Source of the DNA: Azolla caroliniana
Taxonomy: Eukaryota > Plantae > Polypodiophyta
Assembly (NCBI GenBank): GCA_043228905.1
Contig: JBHGNT010000021.1
Coordinates: 10,416,001 to 10,480,000, forward strand
Length of the DNA: 64,000 nucleotides
Reading direction: 5' to 3'
Positions 25,115 to 37,016 of the stretch are shown piece after piece. The number at the start of each line of letters is the position of its first letter. The first letter of the stretch is position 1. The position numbers were made by a program, and so were the translations under genes. The notes under the pieces were generated by a model. The model ran no database searches. It was not told the DNA's origin and saw only the letters and a program-made list of their open reading frames with translations.

Positions 25115-26062
25115 GTCTCGAAGTTGTCAGACAGACAGTGGCAGAAAGTTAAAGAAAGACGACATATCTATTACAGGTCTATCTCTCTCTTTCTCTCTCT
25201 CACTCCACCTTCGAAGCTTTGTTTCTTTCTTTCTTTCGGTTTCTCTCTCTCACTCCACCTTCGATTCTCTGTTTCCCCCCGTAGTTGTTCTTGTGTTCCC
25301 CTCTGTGCCAGGTTCGATCTCTGAACTCTGTATACGCATAGATTTTTGTTTCCCCTGCTCGTTGTATGTGTTGTTGATTTTCCTTCCTTGTGTATGCTCG
25401 TTTGTCTCCTCTGCAGCAGCCTCGTTTGTCGAAATCAACACGGTGTGGTACCTCTGCAAGTTGTACGATCTCCAGGTATTCTCTGTGTTGCATGCCCAAC
25501 TGGTATGTTTTCTTTTTCTGAATGTTTCCTGTCTGTCTGTTTTTTATTTGCATGTGTATGGCCATTTTTAGGGTTTGATTATTCATAGTCTATGTGTTGC
25601 ATGCCCAACTAGTATGTTTTTGTTTTCTCTGTGTTTCTCTGTGTTTCTTTTAAAAATGTATGACAATATTTTGATCGAGGTGGTTGTGTGTTAGACATGT
25701 TTGTACATGCAACGTAAATGGAGTTGGCTATGATGAGTTGCTATGTTTTCGTTTTGTTCTTGTTTCCTGTCCATCTGTTTTATTTTGTGTGAGTTTGACA
25801 TGGATGAGTGTTTTTCCGACTATTTTGGGTTTTTGTGTGTTTGACATGGCTTGTACATGCGATGTGATGGAGTTGGCTATGATGATTTACAATGTTTTCG
25901 TTTTCTTTGACTTTCCTATCCGTCTGTTTTTATTGTTTGTGTTTGACATGGATGAGTTTTTTTCCGACTATTTAGGGTTATTGTGTGTTTGACATGGTTT
26001 GTACATGCAATGTGATGATTTGCTATGTGTTGATGGTAATTGCTTGATTTTTCTTCTAGTAC

Positions 26063-29000
26063 ATGCATATTCATTCCCTGAGAATTGTGTTGACTAGGAC
26101 AATGACGAGAAGGACACCCATAAAGAAGACATTGATGAAAGAGAAAGTGAAGACACCAGTGAAGGAAGGAAGAAGGACACCCATGAAAGAAAGCAAGAAG
26201 ACACCCACAAGAGAAAGGGTGATGAATTCATCAACACAGAGAAAGAAGATGTACCACTCCATCAGTCGAGACACACCTCTTGGATGGAATTATTTCCTTC
26301 AAGCACAACCTGATGTTTATCCAGAGATGAGAGAGTGGTTGTTAAAAACCTAGGGGTCAGCACATCCCGACACAAGGCGAGGATTCCACATAAGTGGTTT
26401 GAAGAGGGAATACATAAATTTATTGAAGACGAGATACGAACATGTTTATGATACAAATCAAATCACTAACAATGAGGTGGGTACTGTTTTTGCACGTGCT
26501 TTTGCATGTGAAGTTCAAGGTGGCATTGACGTAAATTGGGAAGATTTTAATCGGCACCAGTCAGAACATTACAAAGGGTCCTCCAGTACCAACACTGGCT
26601 TGAAGTCATCTGGAACCTCTCATGTGGATATTCCAGCTATAACACCTGTCCACCAAGTTCTAGAGGCAAAGGTACGGGCCACAATGACTGAAAAGCATGA
26701 ACAGATGATGGCCGGTTGCATAGCTTCTATGAGCTCAAGAATACAAACACTACTTGTTGATTTGGAAGCAGTTAAATCAGCTGAGATACAAGCAGAAAAG
26801 AAATTTTCTTCAATAAAAACTACATATGAATGGATTGCATCGACAATCCAAAATTCAGAAAGTGAGGTGTTGAAAGAGGAGTTGAAGAAAGAGCTGAACA
26901 ATATGGGCACTCAATTAGGTTCACAGATGAGAGACCTTGATACTTGTAGGAATGCACATGAAGAAATAGATAATAAGTTGTCAGCCTTAAAGTAGCATTC
27001 TGAGAACCTTGCATGCTTGATGCAGGATTTAAAACAAAATGGTTTTGATACTTTGTTTCCATCTGTAATTGAGCACCCAAGTGGTATAGAAAATACCATT
27101 ATTAGTATAGCTATATCACGGTATTGGCTTTAAAAGTTATTTATTTCTACTTCTCTGGTATAAATAAGTGAGCAGCTAATATATTATAACTTGTGTTTGC
27201 AATCTTCCAAGTGTATATTTTGTGGCCTCGGATTCAAGTTGGAGGCTATGGATGTTGTGATTACACCATGCTTGCACACATATCATGTGCTATGTGCTAA
27301 GTATCATTTTGAGAAAGAGAATACATGTATGGACTGTAAAACTACAATTGCGGCTGAGTGGTACTATGCTTGGGGTTTAAAAGTACACACGTACGGTATG
27401 TGGCTCTACTATTCTATTGTTTGTATTATATGATGTCAATTAACATTTGGACTAGAACTAGTGTATGCCACAATTCATACTTCAAATTTAGTGTAATCTC
27501 TAACAACTATTATGTGGAACCCTAATTATGTGGGTTAGTATTGGCAGTACTCTTAATATATAATTGGTATGTGTAGTTGAAGGGATATTTTCCAGAATTA
27601 GTAGTACTAAAAGGGAACCATGTACAACATCGTCCAATCTATATTGCAACTTGCCTAATATTAGTTTAGTAAACACTATACTTATAGTACACTGTTGACT
27701 GTTAGTATTGTTTGTGTAACTTGGGAATTAGTACTAGTAATGTAATTTGGGAACAAGGTGTATAGTAAATTGCTGAATAATAGTACAATTATTGTAATTT
27801 GGAAATGAGGTGTGTCAAACACATATCACGTTTAGTACTAATACTATTCAAGATTAATACTGTTGGTGTAATTAGTACAAGTTATGTAACTAGGTGTGTA
27901 GAACACATATCATGTTTAGTATTACTTGTGTGCAAAATACCAATCTACATTTGTTGGATTAGTACTTAGTAAGTACTACATGGTTCATGATTAGTACTAG
28001 TTCTGTACTTTGTGAACTAAGTTACTAGTACATTGCTCATGATTAATACTAGTTTTGTAATTTGGGAACTGAGTAGTACTTTGTTCCTTATTAGTACTAG
28101 TTTTGTACCTTATTAGTACTAGATCAGTAATCTAGAAAATAAGTGAGTAGTACATTTTGTAGATTAGTACTAATTGTGTAATTTGACTAAGTCAGTGGTA
28201 CATTGTTGAGTAGTACATTGTTCAGGATTAGTACTAATTGTGTATTTTGACTAAGTCAGTGGTACATTGTTCGGGATTAGTACTCCTTGTGTAATTTGCT
28301 AACTAAGTGAGTAGTATATTGTGCATGATTAGTACTACTTGTGTAAATTGGGAACTAAGTGAGCATTACATTGTCCGGGATTAGTACTCCTTGTGTAATT
28401 TGGTAACTAAGTGAGTAGTATATTGTGCATGATTAGTACTACTTGTGTAAATTGGGAACTAAGTGAGCAGTACATTGTTCGGGATTAGTACTCCTTGTGT
28501 AATTTGGTAACTAAGTGAGTAGTATATTGTGCATGATTAGTACTACTTGTGTAAATTGGGAACTAAGTGAGCATTACATTGTTCGGGATTAGTACTCCTT
28601 GTGTAATTTGGTAACTAAGTGAGTAGTATATTGTGCATGATTAGTACTACTTGTGTAAATTGGGAACTAAGTGAGCAGTACATTGTTCGGGATTAGTACT
28701 AGTTCAGTGATTTTGGAAATAAGTGAGTAGTACATTGTTCAAGATTAGTACTACTTATTAATTTGACTAAGTCAGTGGTACATTTTTCGGGATTAGTACT
28801 TGTGTAATTTGGTAACTAAGTGAGTAGTATATTGTGCATGATTAGTACTACTTGTGTAAATTGGGAACTAAGTGAGCATTACATTGTTCGGGATTAGTAC
28901 TCCTTGTGTAATTTGGTAACTAAGTGAGTAGTATATTGTGCATGATTAGTACTACTTGTGTAAATTGGGAACTAAGTGAGCAGTACATTGTTCGGGATTA

Positions 29001-31321
29001 GTACTAGTTCAGTGATTTTGGAAATAAGTGAGTAGTACATTGTTCAAGATTAGTACTACTTATTAATTTGACTAAGTCAGTGGTACATTTTTCGGGATTA
29101 GTACTTGTGTAATTTGGTAACTAAGTGAGTAGTATATTGTGCATGATTAGTACTACTTGTGTAAATTGGGAACTAAGTGAGCATTACATTGTTCGGGATT
29201 AGTACTCCTTGTGTAATTTGGTAACTAAGTGAGTAGTATATTGTGCATGATTAGTACTACTTGTGTAAATTGGGAACTAAGTGAGCAGTACATTGTTCGG
29301 GATTAGTACTAGTTCAGTGATTTTGGAAATAAGTGAGTAGTACATTGTTCAAGATTAGTACTACTTATTAATTTGACTAAGTCAGTGGTACATTTTTCGG
29401 GATTAGTACTTGTGTAATTTGGTAACTAAGTGAGTAGTATATTGTGCATGATTAGTACTACTTTTGTATATTGTGCATGATTAGTACTAATCGTGTAAAT
29501 TGGGAACTAAGTGAGCAGTACAGTGTTCCTTATTAGTACTAGTTCAGTAATTTAGGAACTATGTGAGTAGTACATTGTTCATGATTGGTACATTGTGTAA
29601 AATGGGAAGCAGCTCTTGTGACCTACATTATATATTTTAGATGATGGTACTAACATTCAAGGTTTTTTTGTTTCTTGCAATGAATGTTGTAGTGTCAAGC
29701 AACCAGCCCCTGTGCCTAAACCCTCAATATCTGCTGCACATTCCAAGGTTCAGGGACCATCACTACCAATAACCTATGATTTTTATGATGAGGATGAATG
29801 TATGAGAAGAGCCATTGGAGCAGTGGAACATATGCTTCTACAAACAAATTCCCCAAGCTCCGGTCAACATCAAGAAATAGAGCCCACTAAGAAGAGAAAT
29901 GCTGCAAGAATGTTGTATGGAAACGGCAAGAAAGGCAAAGTTGGCAATGCTGATGATGAAATGATATTTGGTGACGGAGATACGAGTCCAAAACCTGATC
30001 ATGAAGACGAATTTATGACACTCCCAGGTACACGTCAAAAGCCAAACTTTGAAAACAATGATTTAGCTCATAACAACCCTATTTTTGTTGTTATTATAGA
30101 TCATAACAACATTGTTGAGCACCTAGATGTTGTGGAGAAGATGACCGAACCCACCACTTGCAATGGGGTATCTACGGTTGTACAGTATGACGATGTAACA
30201 TTAGGTAAAAATGTGGCCCTAAACCCTATGTTCATTGTTTGCAAACTTTTGAGTATGTGAGTTGATACCAATATTCTTTGGAATCCCATTAATTAGGTTT
30301 ACAAGAGCAGTCTGATTCCCAACTACAATCAAATGAATCGGGAACTTCATGGAGCACAAGTGCAGAGTCAGATTCCCATCAGAGTCAGAATCAAATTAAC
30401 CTTTGCAAGGAGGCAGACTCTGGAAGCACATCTTCCACACATGAGGATTGTGAGAAAAACAAAGCATTCATATGTGAAGAGCAGCTGGCATGTACCAACA
30501 ACACTATGTCTAAAGAAGCCTATGAGTGTGGAAAGAATATGGCAAGTACTGAAGAGAAGATTGAAGCCCATGAAGAGTGTGGAAAGAATATGGCAAGTAC
30601 TGAAGAGAAGACTGATTGTACTGATAATGTGGCAAGTGTTGAAGAGAAGACTGATTGTACTGATAATGTGCTAGTATTGTCTAAAGATTCCCATGAGGAT
30701 CATGGAAAGAACATTGCTAGTAATGAAGAGGAGCTTGATTGTACTGACAATGTGCTAGTAGTGTCTTGTGAAGCCCATGAGGATCGTGGAAAGAACATCG
30801 CTTTCCCTGAAGATAAGCCTGATTGTACAGAATCCCATGAGGATTGTAGAGCGAACAACGTTACTAATGAAGGTAGGCTTGATTGTACTCAGAGCGAACA
30901 ACGTTGTCTTAAGAATGAGGTGACATCCACCGTACAAGAGGAGTCGACCATGACTACTGCCACGGTCCACATACAGGAGTCTAATAAGAACGAGTGTATA
31001 GGCATCGGTGATGATGATAGGGCAATAAAGATCGCTAGGAGTACAAGCATTCAGGAGATGAGTGATAATTTGTCTATCGACAGCACCTTTGTGGATTTGT
31101 GTACAAGCATTGCAGTTGTAGAAAACATAGTTGCTCTCTCAAGCTTGCCACCAGTACAAGGTGCCCGCGCATCCACGCTTGTCTCTGATGCCTCTGATGA
31201 TGAAGTGCCACTTAGTCAGCTCATACCTAAAGGCTTTAAGATAAAGAAGAATGTAAAATCAGAAAAATCTGGCACCAACAAGCGCATTACAAGATCGGCC
31301 AAGTTACCCTCTAGTGCCTGA
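26063..31321 (+). pseudogene. Transposon accessory gene: basic TP-repeat N-terminus, unknown globular domain, coiled coil, RING-H2 finger, acidic repeat C-terminus
   Basis: One frame runs 26063-~27120 with two TAG stops (26351, 26993). RING-H2 C-x2-C-x15-C-x-H-x2-H-x2-C-x10-C-x2-C at 27212-27337. GT donor at 27396, a repeat-filled intron, then ORFs 29712-30260 and 30506-31321. Exact splice phases not resolved. Confidence 0.72.
27900..29600. repeat. Intronic minisatellite: ~52-bp monomer, 104-bp dimer, 305-bp higher-order repeat
   Basis: AACTAAGTGAG recurs at 28301, 28353 and 28405. Variant monomer AGTTCAGTGATTTTGGAAAT at 28701, 29006 and 29311. Confidence 0.92.
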
Positions 31322-31479
31322 TTGTCTTTCGATTATACTTGAACTTTAGTTGTTAGTGATGTCTGAAATTGAACTATTTGGATACCAAAATACTGTTTCA
31401 ATTGCCAATGTAAAAAATCCAGTTCATGAATCTGAAATAGTTATACCAGTGTGAAATCAAGTTCATGTTTAAGGATTGC

Positions 31480-32345
31480 TTCTATATTTTGCTCGTCAAC
31501 ATATATCAAAAACAATGGGAATATACTTTTTTGATCTAAGTATTCTTATTTTACAATGTTTTGCTTCTTTTTTGAGATCATCTCCTAATCCTCGCAAAGT
31601 CTTTCAGTCTATTGTAGATAAAATGCTTGAAAGTCTTCTTAGCTTGCTAGGAAAATTTAGGTTTTCAGGTGTTGATGATGAGAAACAGAAAATATCGGGT
31701 GTTATTGAAGATATATTGAAGTATAGATTGTTTCATCAATCCCATTTGGAGGGTAACCAGAATGTGTGCAAATTGTTGAAGCAATGTGGGCCATATTTTG
31801 AAGATATCATCCCAAAGGATGAACCATCCATTAACAGTAGTAAGGAAACACTTACCTTTTTGAGCTATCACAAATTATTGTTTCAGAAGTTGGATTATTT
31901 TGTTAAGGAAAGGAAGGTCTGTACTTTATAATCCATAGCCTGGATATTCAGGACTTATATACAAGAAGTTAAAACTCAGATGGCTTCACAGGACATATCA
32001 TGAAACAAAAAAGGATTCTGAGAGAATAATTTTCATTGTTGTCTTCACAGAATTCATCGCCCCCTTTGAAGAATGAACTTACAGTAGAAAATCTTACAAT
32101 ATTAAAGTCTTTAATGAATTCAACTAACAATCTTCTCTTGGTAGCAAAAGAAGAGCAGATTTATGTGCCAACAGAGGACACACCAACTCTTATACAATAT
32201 TTTTACTCATTTTAACATGGCTCTGCAAAACTCCTATGCTCAAATAACATCAGGAAACATGAGCAATATTGGCAATGAAGAAATCCAAATCTTGTTGACA
32301 ACAGCTAATATATTATGAAAGATAAGTACAAGTGGTTGAGAGGCA
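31480..32345 (+). pseudogene. URB2: Probable captured host gene fragment resembling plant Urb2/Npa2 (nucleolar pre-ribosome factor)
   Basis: Peptides CFASFLRSSPNPRKVFQSIVDKMLESLLSLL, IEDILKYRLFHQSH, SYHKLLFQKL and (shifted frame) LKSLMNSTNNLL...EQIYVPTEDT. They match, in order, my recollection of plant Urb2 conserved blocks; not verified by search. Stops and frameshifts present. Confidence 0.6.
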
Positions 32346-32463
32346 TAAACACTTTGGAAGAAAGACGAAATATATCAATTCATTTGTCAATCATCAAAAT
32401 TAATAGTGAACTCCAAGTGGATGTTTTTCAGTTTTCTGGTACAATGTATTGATAGGGTGACTT

Positions 32464-35400
32464 TCAAGCATTAAATAGAGAGACCTCCCCTAATATGTGC
32501 TCATGAACCTCTTGGGGGACCTTGTAGACAGTGTTGTATCCCTTAACCTTGTGCTTTGCTTGAGTCATATTGAATTTGATCGCAAGAATGGCATCAGCGT
32601 AGATTATTGCGATGGGTGCTTCTTTTAGTAATGCATATGTGTTCTTGCACTGCGGCAACTTTGCATAATAGTTTCCATACACGACAGACTCACCAACGTT
32701 GAAATTGTTGCCCGAACCATCCCTCACCACTTCTTTCAATAATGTCTTTCCTTGCTTGCACACCACAATGTAGTAGTCTTCTAAATCTTCATTCTGAGGA
32801 TATTTGAGCATTGCAAAATGATCTCCAACTTCCAATAAAACTGCCAAGTCTTGATTTTGGTTGTAGTATACAATATCGTTTGAATGCACATCCTCTTCAA
32901 CATCATCTTGTCGTTCAGGCTCAAGCTTCTCCAGCTTCCAGGGCTCCACGATTGATAGGTTAATGCATTTATCCCAAGCTTCATCTAGACACATGGAACA
33001 AAAGCATGATAAACTACGGAGTAACAATTGGGTTGTGTCCTTGCGGCTAAACCCTAACACACAATGGGTGTTGCGTGTGCCTTTCACGGTTTTACAACCA
33101 TATGATTTAGTTCTATCGACCTCATCAGCGCGAACTTCAACAAACAATCTGTTCTTACCATCATTTGACATCTTCCATGTTAGCCACTGCACAACATCAT
33201 GTGCATTTTGTAACTTAGCACCATTATTATCCAACTGCTCACTTGTAAGGGCACGTTTGATCACAGCCCCCGCGCCATCATGCTCTCCTTTTCCATGTCC
33301 AGACCCGAAGTAATTCCATTGCATACGAATATTGAATAAGGAGAAATACATGCTTTGGTATCTCAGGTTTCCAACAAAATTATTACTATGTTGTCAATTG
33401 AGAGTACTACACTTCCATTAATACTGATTTAGTACAAATACAAAACAAAGCATAGCACAACGTATCCATTGAGAACACTCTACACTTATTAAAAGATAAA
33501 TAGTACTATGTTGTCGACCAACAGTACCTGGCATCCATTTAATACTAACTTAGTATGGATATAGCACAAAGTATAGTACAATGAGTTCATGGAAAGCACT
33601 CTACATGTATTAACAGATAAATAGTACAAAATGTTCAATATCGGATAGTACAATACAATGTGTCCACGGAGAACACAACCCTCCTTAGAAGATCATTAGT
33701 ACTACAAGACATGTACTTTACATCACTGATTTAGTATAGATACAACAAATAGTACAATATAGTGTGTTCATGGAGAACGTTGAACATTGATTAATAGATA
33801 ATCAGTACCACACAATGTGTTTAAAAGATGAGTACAAGATGAGTACAATACTATGAGTACAACATGAGTAAATACTGATTTAGTACAATTCTCTTAAGGA
33901 CGGACAATACTATGAGTACAAGATGAGTACTTTACATCCTCCTATAAACACAACATAGTACAGAACCAACACACAACATAGTACAATGTGTCTATGGAGA
34001 ACCCTTCACATGGATTAAAACATAATTAGTACAATTCTCTTAAGGACGGACAATACTATAAGTACAAGATGAGTACTTTACATCCTTTTGTAAACACAAC
34101 ATAGTACAGAACCAACACACAACATAGTACAATGTGTCTATGGAGAACCCTTCACATGGATTAAAACATAATTAGTACAATTCTCTTAAGGACGGACAAT
34201 ACTCTAAGTACAAGATGAGTACTTTACATCCTTCTATACACACAACATAGTACAGATACAACACACAACATAGTACAATGTGTCTATGAAGAACACTTCA
34301 CATGGATAAAAAGATAATTAGTACAATTCTCTTAAGGACGGACAATACTATGAGTACAAGATGAGTACTTTACATCCTTCTATACACACAACATAGTACA
34401 GATACAACACACAACATAGTACAATGTGTCTATGGAGAACACTTCACATGGATAAAAAGATAATTAGTACAATTCTCTTAAGGACGGACAATACTATGAG
34501 TACAAGATGAGTACTTTACATCCTTCTGTAAACACAACATAGTACAATGTGTCTATGGAGAACACTTCACATGGAGTAAAAGTTACTTAGTACAACATAA
34601 TACAAACAAAATTAGTATGCATGCATCCATTCACAAGTGCAAGATTTGAATAGTTACAAACATAATTAGTATGCATCCATGTGAATAGTATTGTTTGTTA
34701 ATAGTTACAAACATAATTAGTATGCATCCACTAACACAAGAATTACGTCCTTACACATTGCATGATAAGTACTAAACATATGGATTAAAAATTACCTGGC
34801 GATAAAGTAGAACGATCGTGCCGCCTTAAACTGCGAGGCAGCACCATCAAACCAAACCCAATGACGGTTAAAGGTTAACCCTAGAGAAAATAAATCTACA
34901 TGGTGAAGCTTAAAACAATGTTGAACAAATAGTGTATCATGCTTTTTATCATCTGAAATGTAAAATATTGATTTCTTATGTAACTCACCGCTTGCCTCCA
35001 ATAGCAAATATGTACAAGTATTGTACATTGATCATTGTACCAATGCATTGATTGAACCTCATTTTGAACTTTAAATGTATAGCTTTTTGCAAAATCAATA
35101 ACGGATACGATGACACCCGTTGGTAAGTTATTAATACATTCCTTGAACTGTGAATTTTGCCAATAACTCCGGAAGTTATGTGGAATAAACTCCCCAAGTT
35201 GTTTCTTAAATTCTGAGACAAGGGTAGCAGCACATGTCTCCTTATATACTTCCTTGATACGCTTAGTTACAACTCCCTTGCCAATATTTTCAGTCACATA
35301 CTCCAAATATTTCCATTTCACGATATGACTATTTCCCATATCAAGCTCTTGCCTACAAAATAATGGTAGCGGACAAACCTTACATATTCTTAATAGACAT

Positions 35401-36462
35401 GTACGACGATGCCACTCACATGATGGTTCTTTTTCACAAACACAAGACCTCCATAGCTCAGAAACGGATGCATAAGTCATGTTTCGTGCATTACACCTAT
35501 TATCCTCCCCATTTGGTCTACAAATCTCACAAGTGCAGACACATAATTCCCCGTGTATACCCTTAGAATCAGTACGCATTGCATTCATTGCTAGCCTTAA
35601 CATGTCCATCTTCACATGGTACACACAACAACATGTATTCCTCTCATTTAATTTTCTAACATAAAATGGTTTCAAACCTTGGAACTTGCGGAATCCAACA
35701 GTCAAGCTTGGATGTTGGTCTTTAAAGTTCATGTACAATTCAGCCTACATCAACCAATATATATAGCAAACATTAATATACACTTGGTCAAAACACAAAG
35801 TTATGGAATGTGAATTGATATAAAAAAATGGAATACCTTTGTCATCTCCAAGAAGTGTCTAGGGTGAATCTGGTACTTACCCTGACTTATTCGTTGTCTA
35901 CACACGTCCTTCTTATTTGGTGAGACACGCGTATTTTTGGCCCAAAATGAATCCACTTTCTCAATAATCTCTTGAGATAAGGCATCACATCGTCGTCTAC
36001 GTCCCGACCCTAGCCACTTGAATTTGCTTGAGTGTATATTTCGGCGATGTTTCCTCAAGTTCCTTCTTTGAATACCTAGGGCTAAGGCAACTTTAGTATC
36101 ACTATATTTTTTTTCTCTCGCACCGTTCACAACCATGTGTAGGGCTGCCCTCTTTGCAACAAGTTTGTCTAAGCTCTCTACACCTTTCACTAAGTCTAGG
36201 GATGACTTCATAGACTCCACAATCTCTTCTGAAACACATTGGTCCCTAAATTTTATTCTCTCCATGTCTTCATTCAAACTTTGATGGTGTAACACTCTAC
36301 AGATAATATCCTACAATCCTCTTCACTAAATCTCTTCGTTATTTCTACCAAATAACGGACTATGTGAAGAACCACTCGTCTCTTAGTCCTTTCAGATATG
36401 CATGAGTTACTTGACAACTCACTCTCATTAGGAACCCCCATTCGGTCACTAGATTTATCCAC
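32464..36462 (-). pseudogene. Sola2-type DDD transposase (multi-exon, decayed)
   Basis: Motifs TCCCVYH, Cys clusters, IDFAKSY..QNEVQSMHW, YISDDKKHD, WFDGAASQFK, WNYFGSGHGKGEHDGAGAVIKR and VKGTRNTH. GT-AG intron at 35745-35836; large intron from 34795 to ~33360. Frameshifts near 36290 and 34990. The 5' exons probably extend past the Copia to ~42400. Confidence 0.88.
33850..34600. repeat. 146-bp tandem repeat (about 5 copies) in the transposase intron
   Basis: ATTCTCTTAAGGACGGAC at 33888, 34034, 34180, 34326 and 34472. Confidence 0.92.
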
Positions 36463-36499
36463 AAAAATTAAGTGTCTTGCGAAAGTAGTTAATGTTATA

Positions 36500-37016
36500 T
36501 AGACTCAACCAAGAAAACACAATCAAATGTTTTTAAATGTGGCCTGCAAAGTGAGAAATATTTTGTTTCAAACATTAGAATTACATATCAAATATGACAA
36601 ATGTCAATTCTAAAAATTTAGTACTGAAATATGAAGAAATGAAACATTTTAGTACTGAAAATAAAAATATGGATGGAAGGAACCTCCAATGGTGGAGGGA
36701 GCGTTGGATATGCCGCCTCGATTTGGTGGAAGGAACCTCCAATGGTGGAGGGAGCGTGGATATATAGACTGAACCAAGAAAACATAATCAAATGTTTTTA
36801 AATGTGGCCTGCAAAGTGAGAAATATTTTGTTTCAAACATTAGAATTACATATCAAATATGACAAATGTCAATTCTAAAAATTTAGTACTAAAATATGAA
36901 GAAATGAAACATTTTAGTACTGAAAATAAAAAAATGGATGGAAGGAACCTCCAATGGTGGAGGGAGCATTGGATATGCCGCCTCGATTTGGTGGAAGGAA
37001 CCTCCAATGGTGGAGG
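36500..37016. repeat. ~265-bp tandem duplication plus short GGAAGGAACCTCCAATGG repeats in the transposase 5' region
   Basis: AGACT(C/G)AACCAAGAAAAC at 36501 and 36766. The same short repeat resumes at 42105-42170 after the Copia. Confidence 0.8.

Noticed and set aside
24911-25992. Hydrophobic SL-repeat ORFs
   Set aside because: They are translations of CT microsatellites and TG-rich intron sequence.
27900-29600. Possible CRISPR array
   Set aside because: Whole units repeat with no unique spacers; this is a minisatellite.
32464-36462. Assignment of the transposase to CACTA, Mutator, hAT or piggyBac
   Set aside because: The TSD is 4 bp and not TTAA, the termini are not CACTA, and the motifs fit Sola2.
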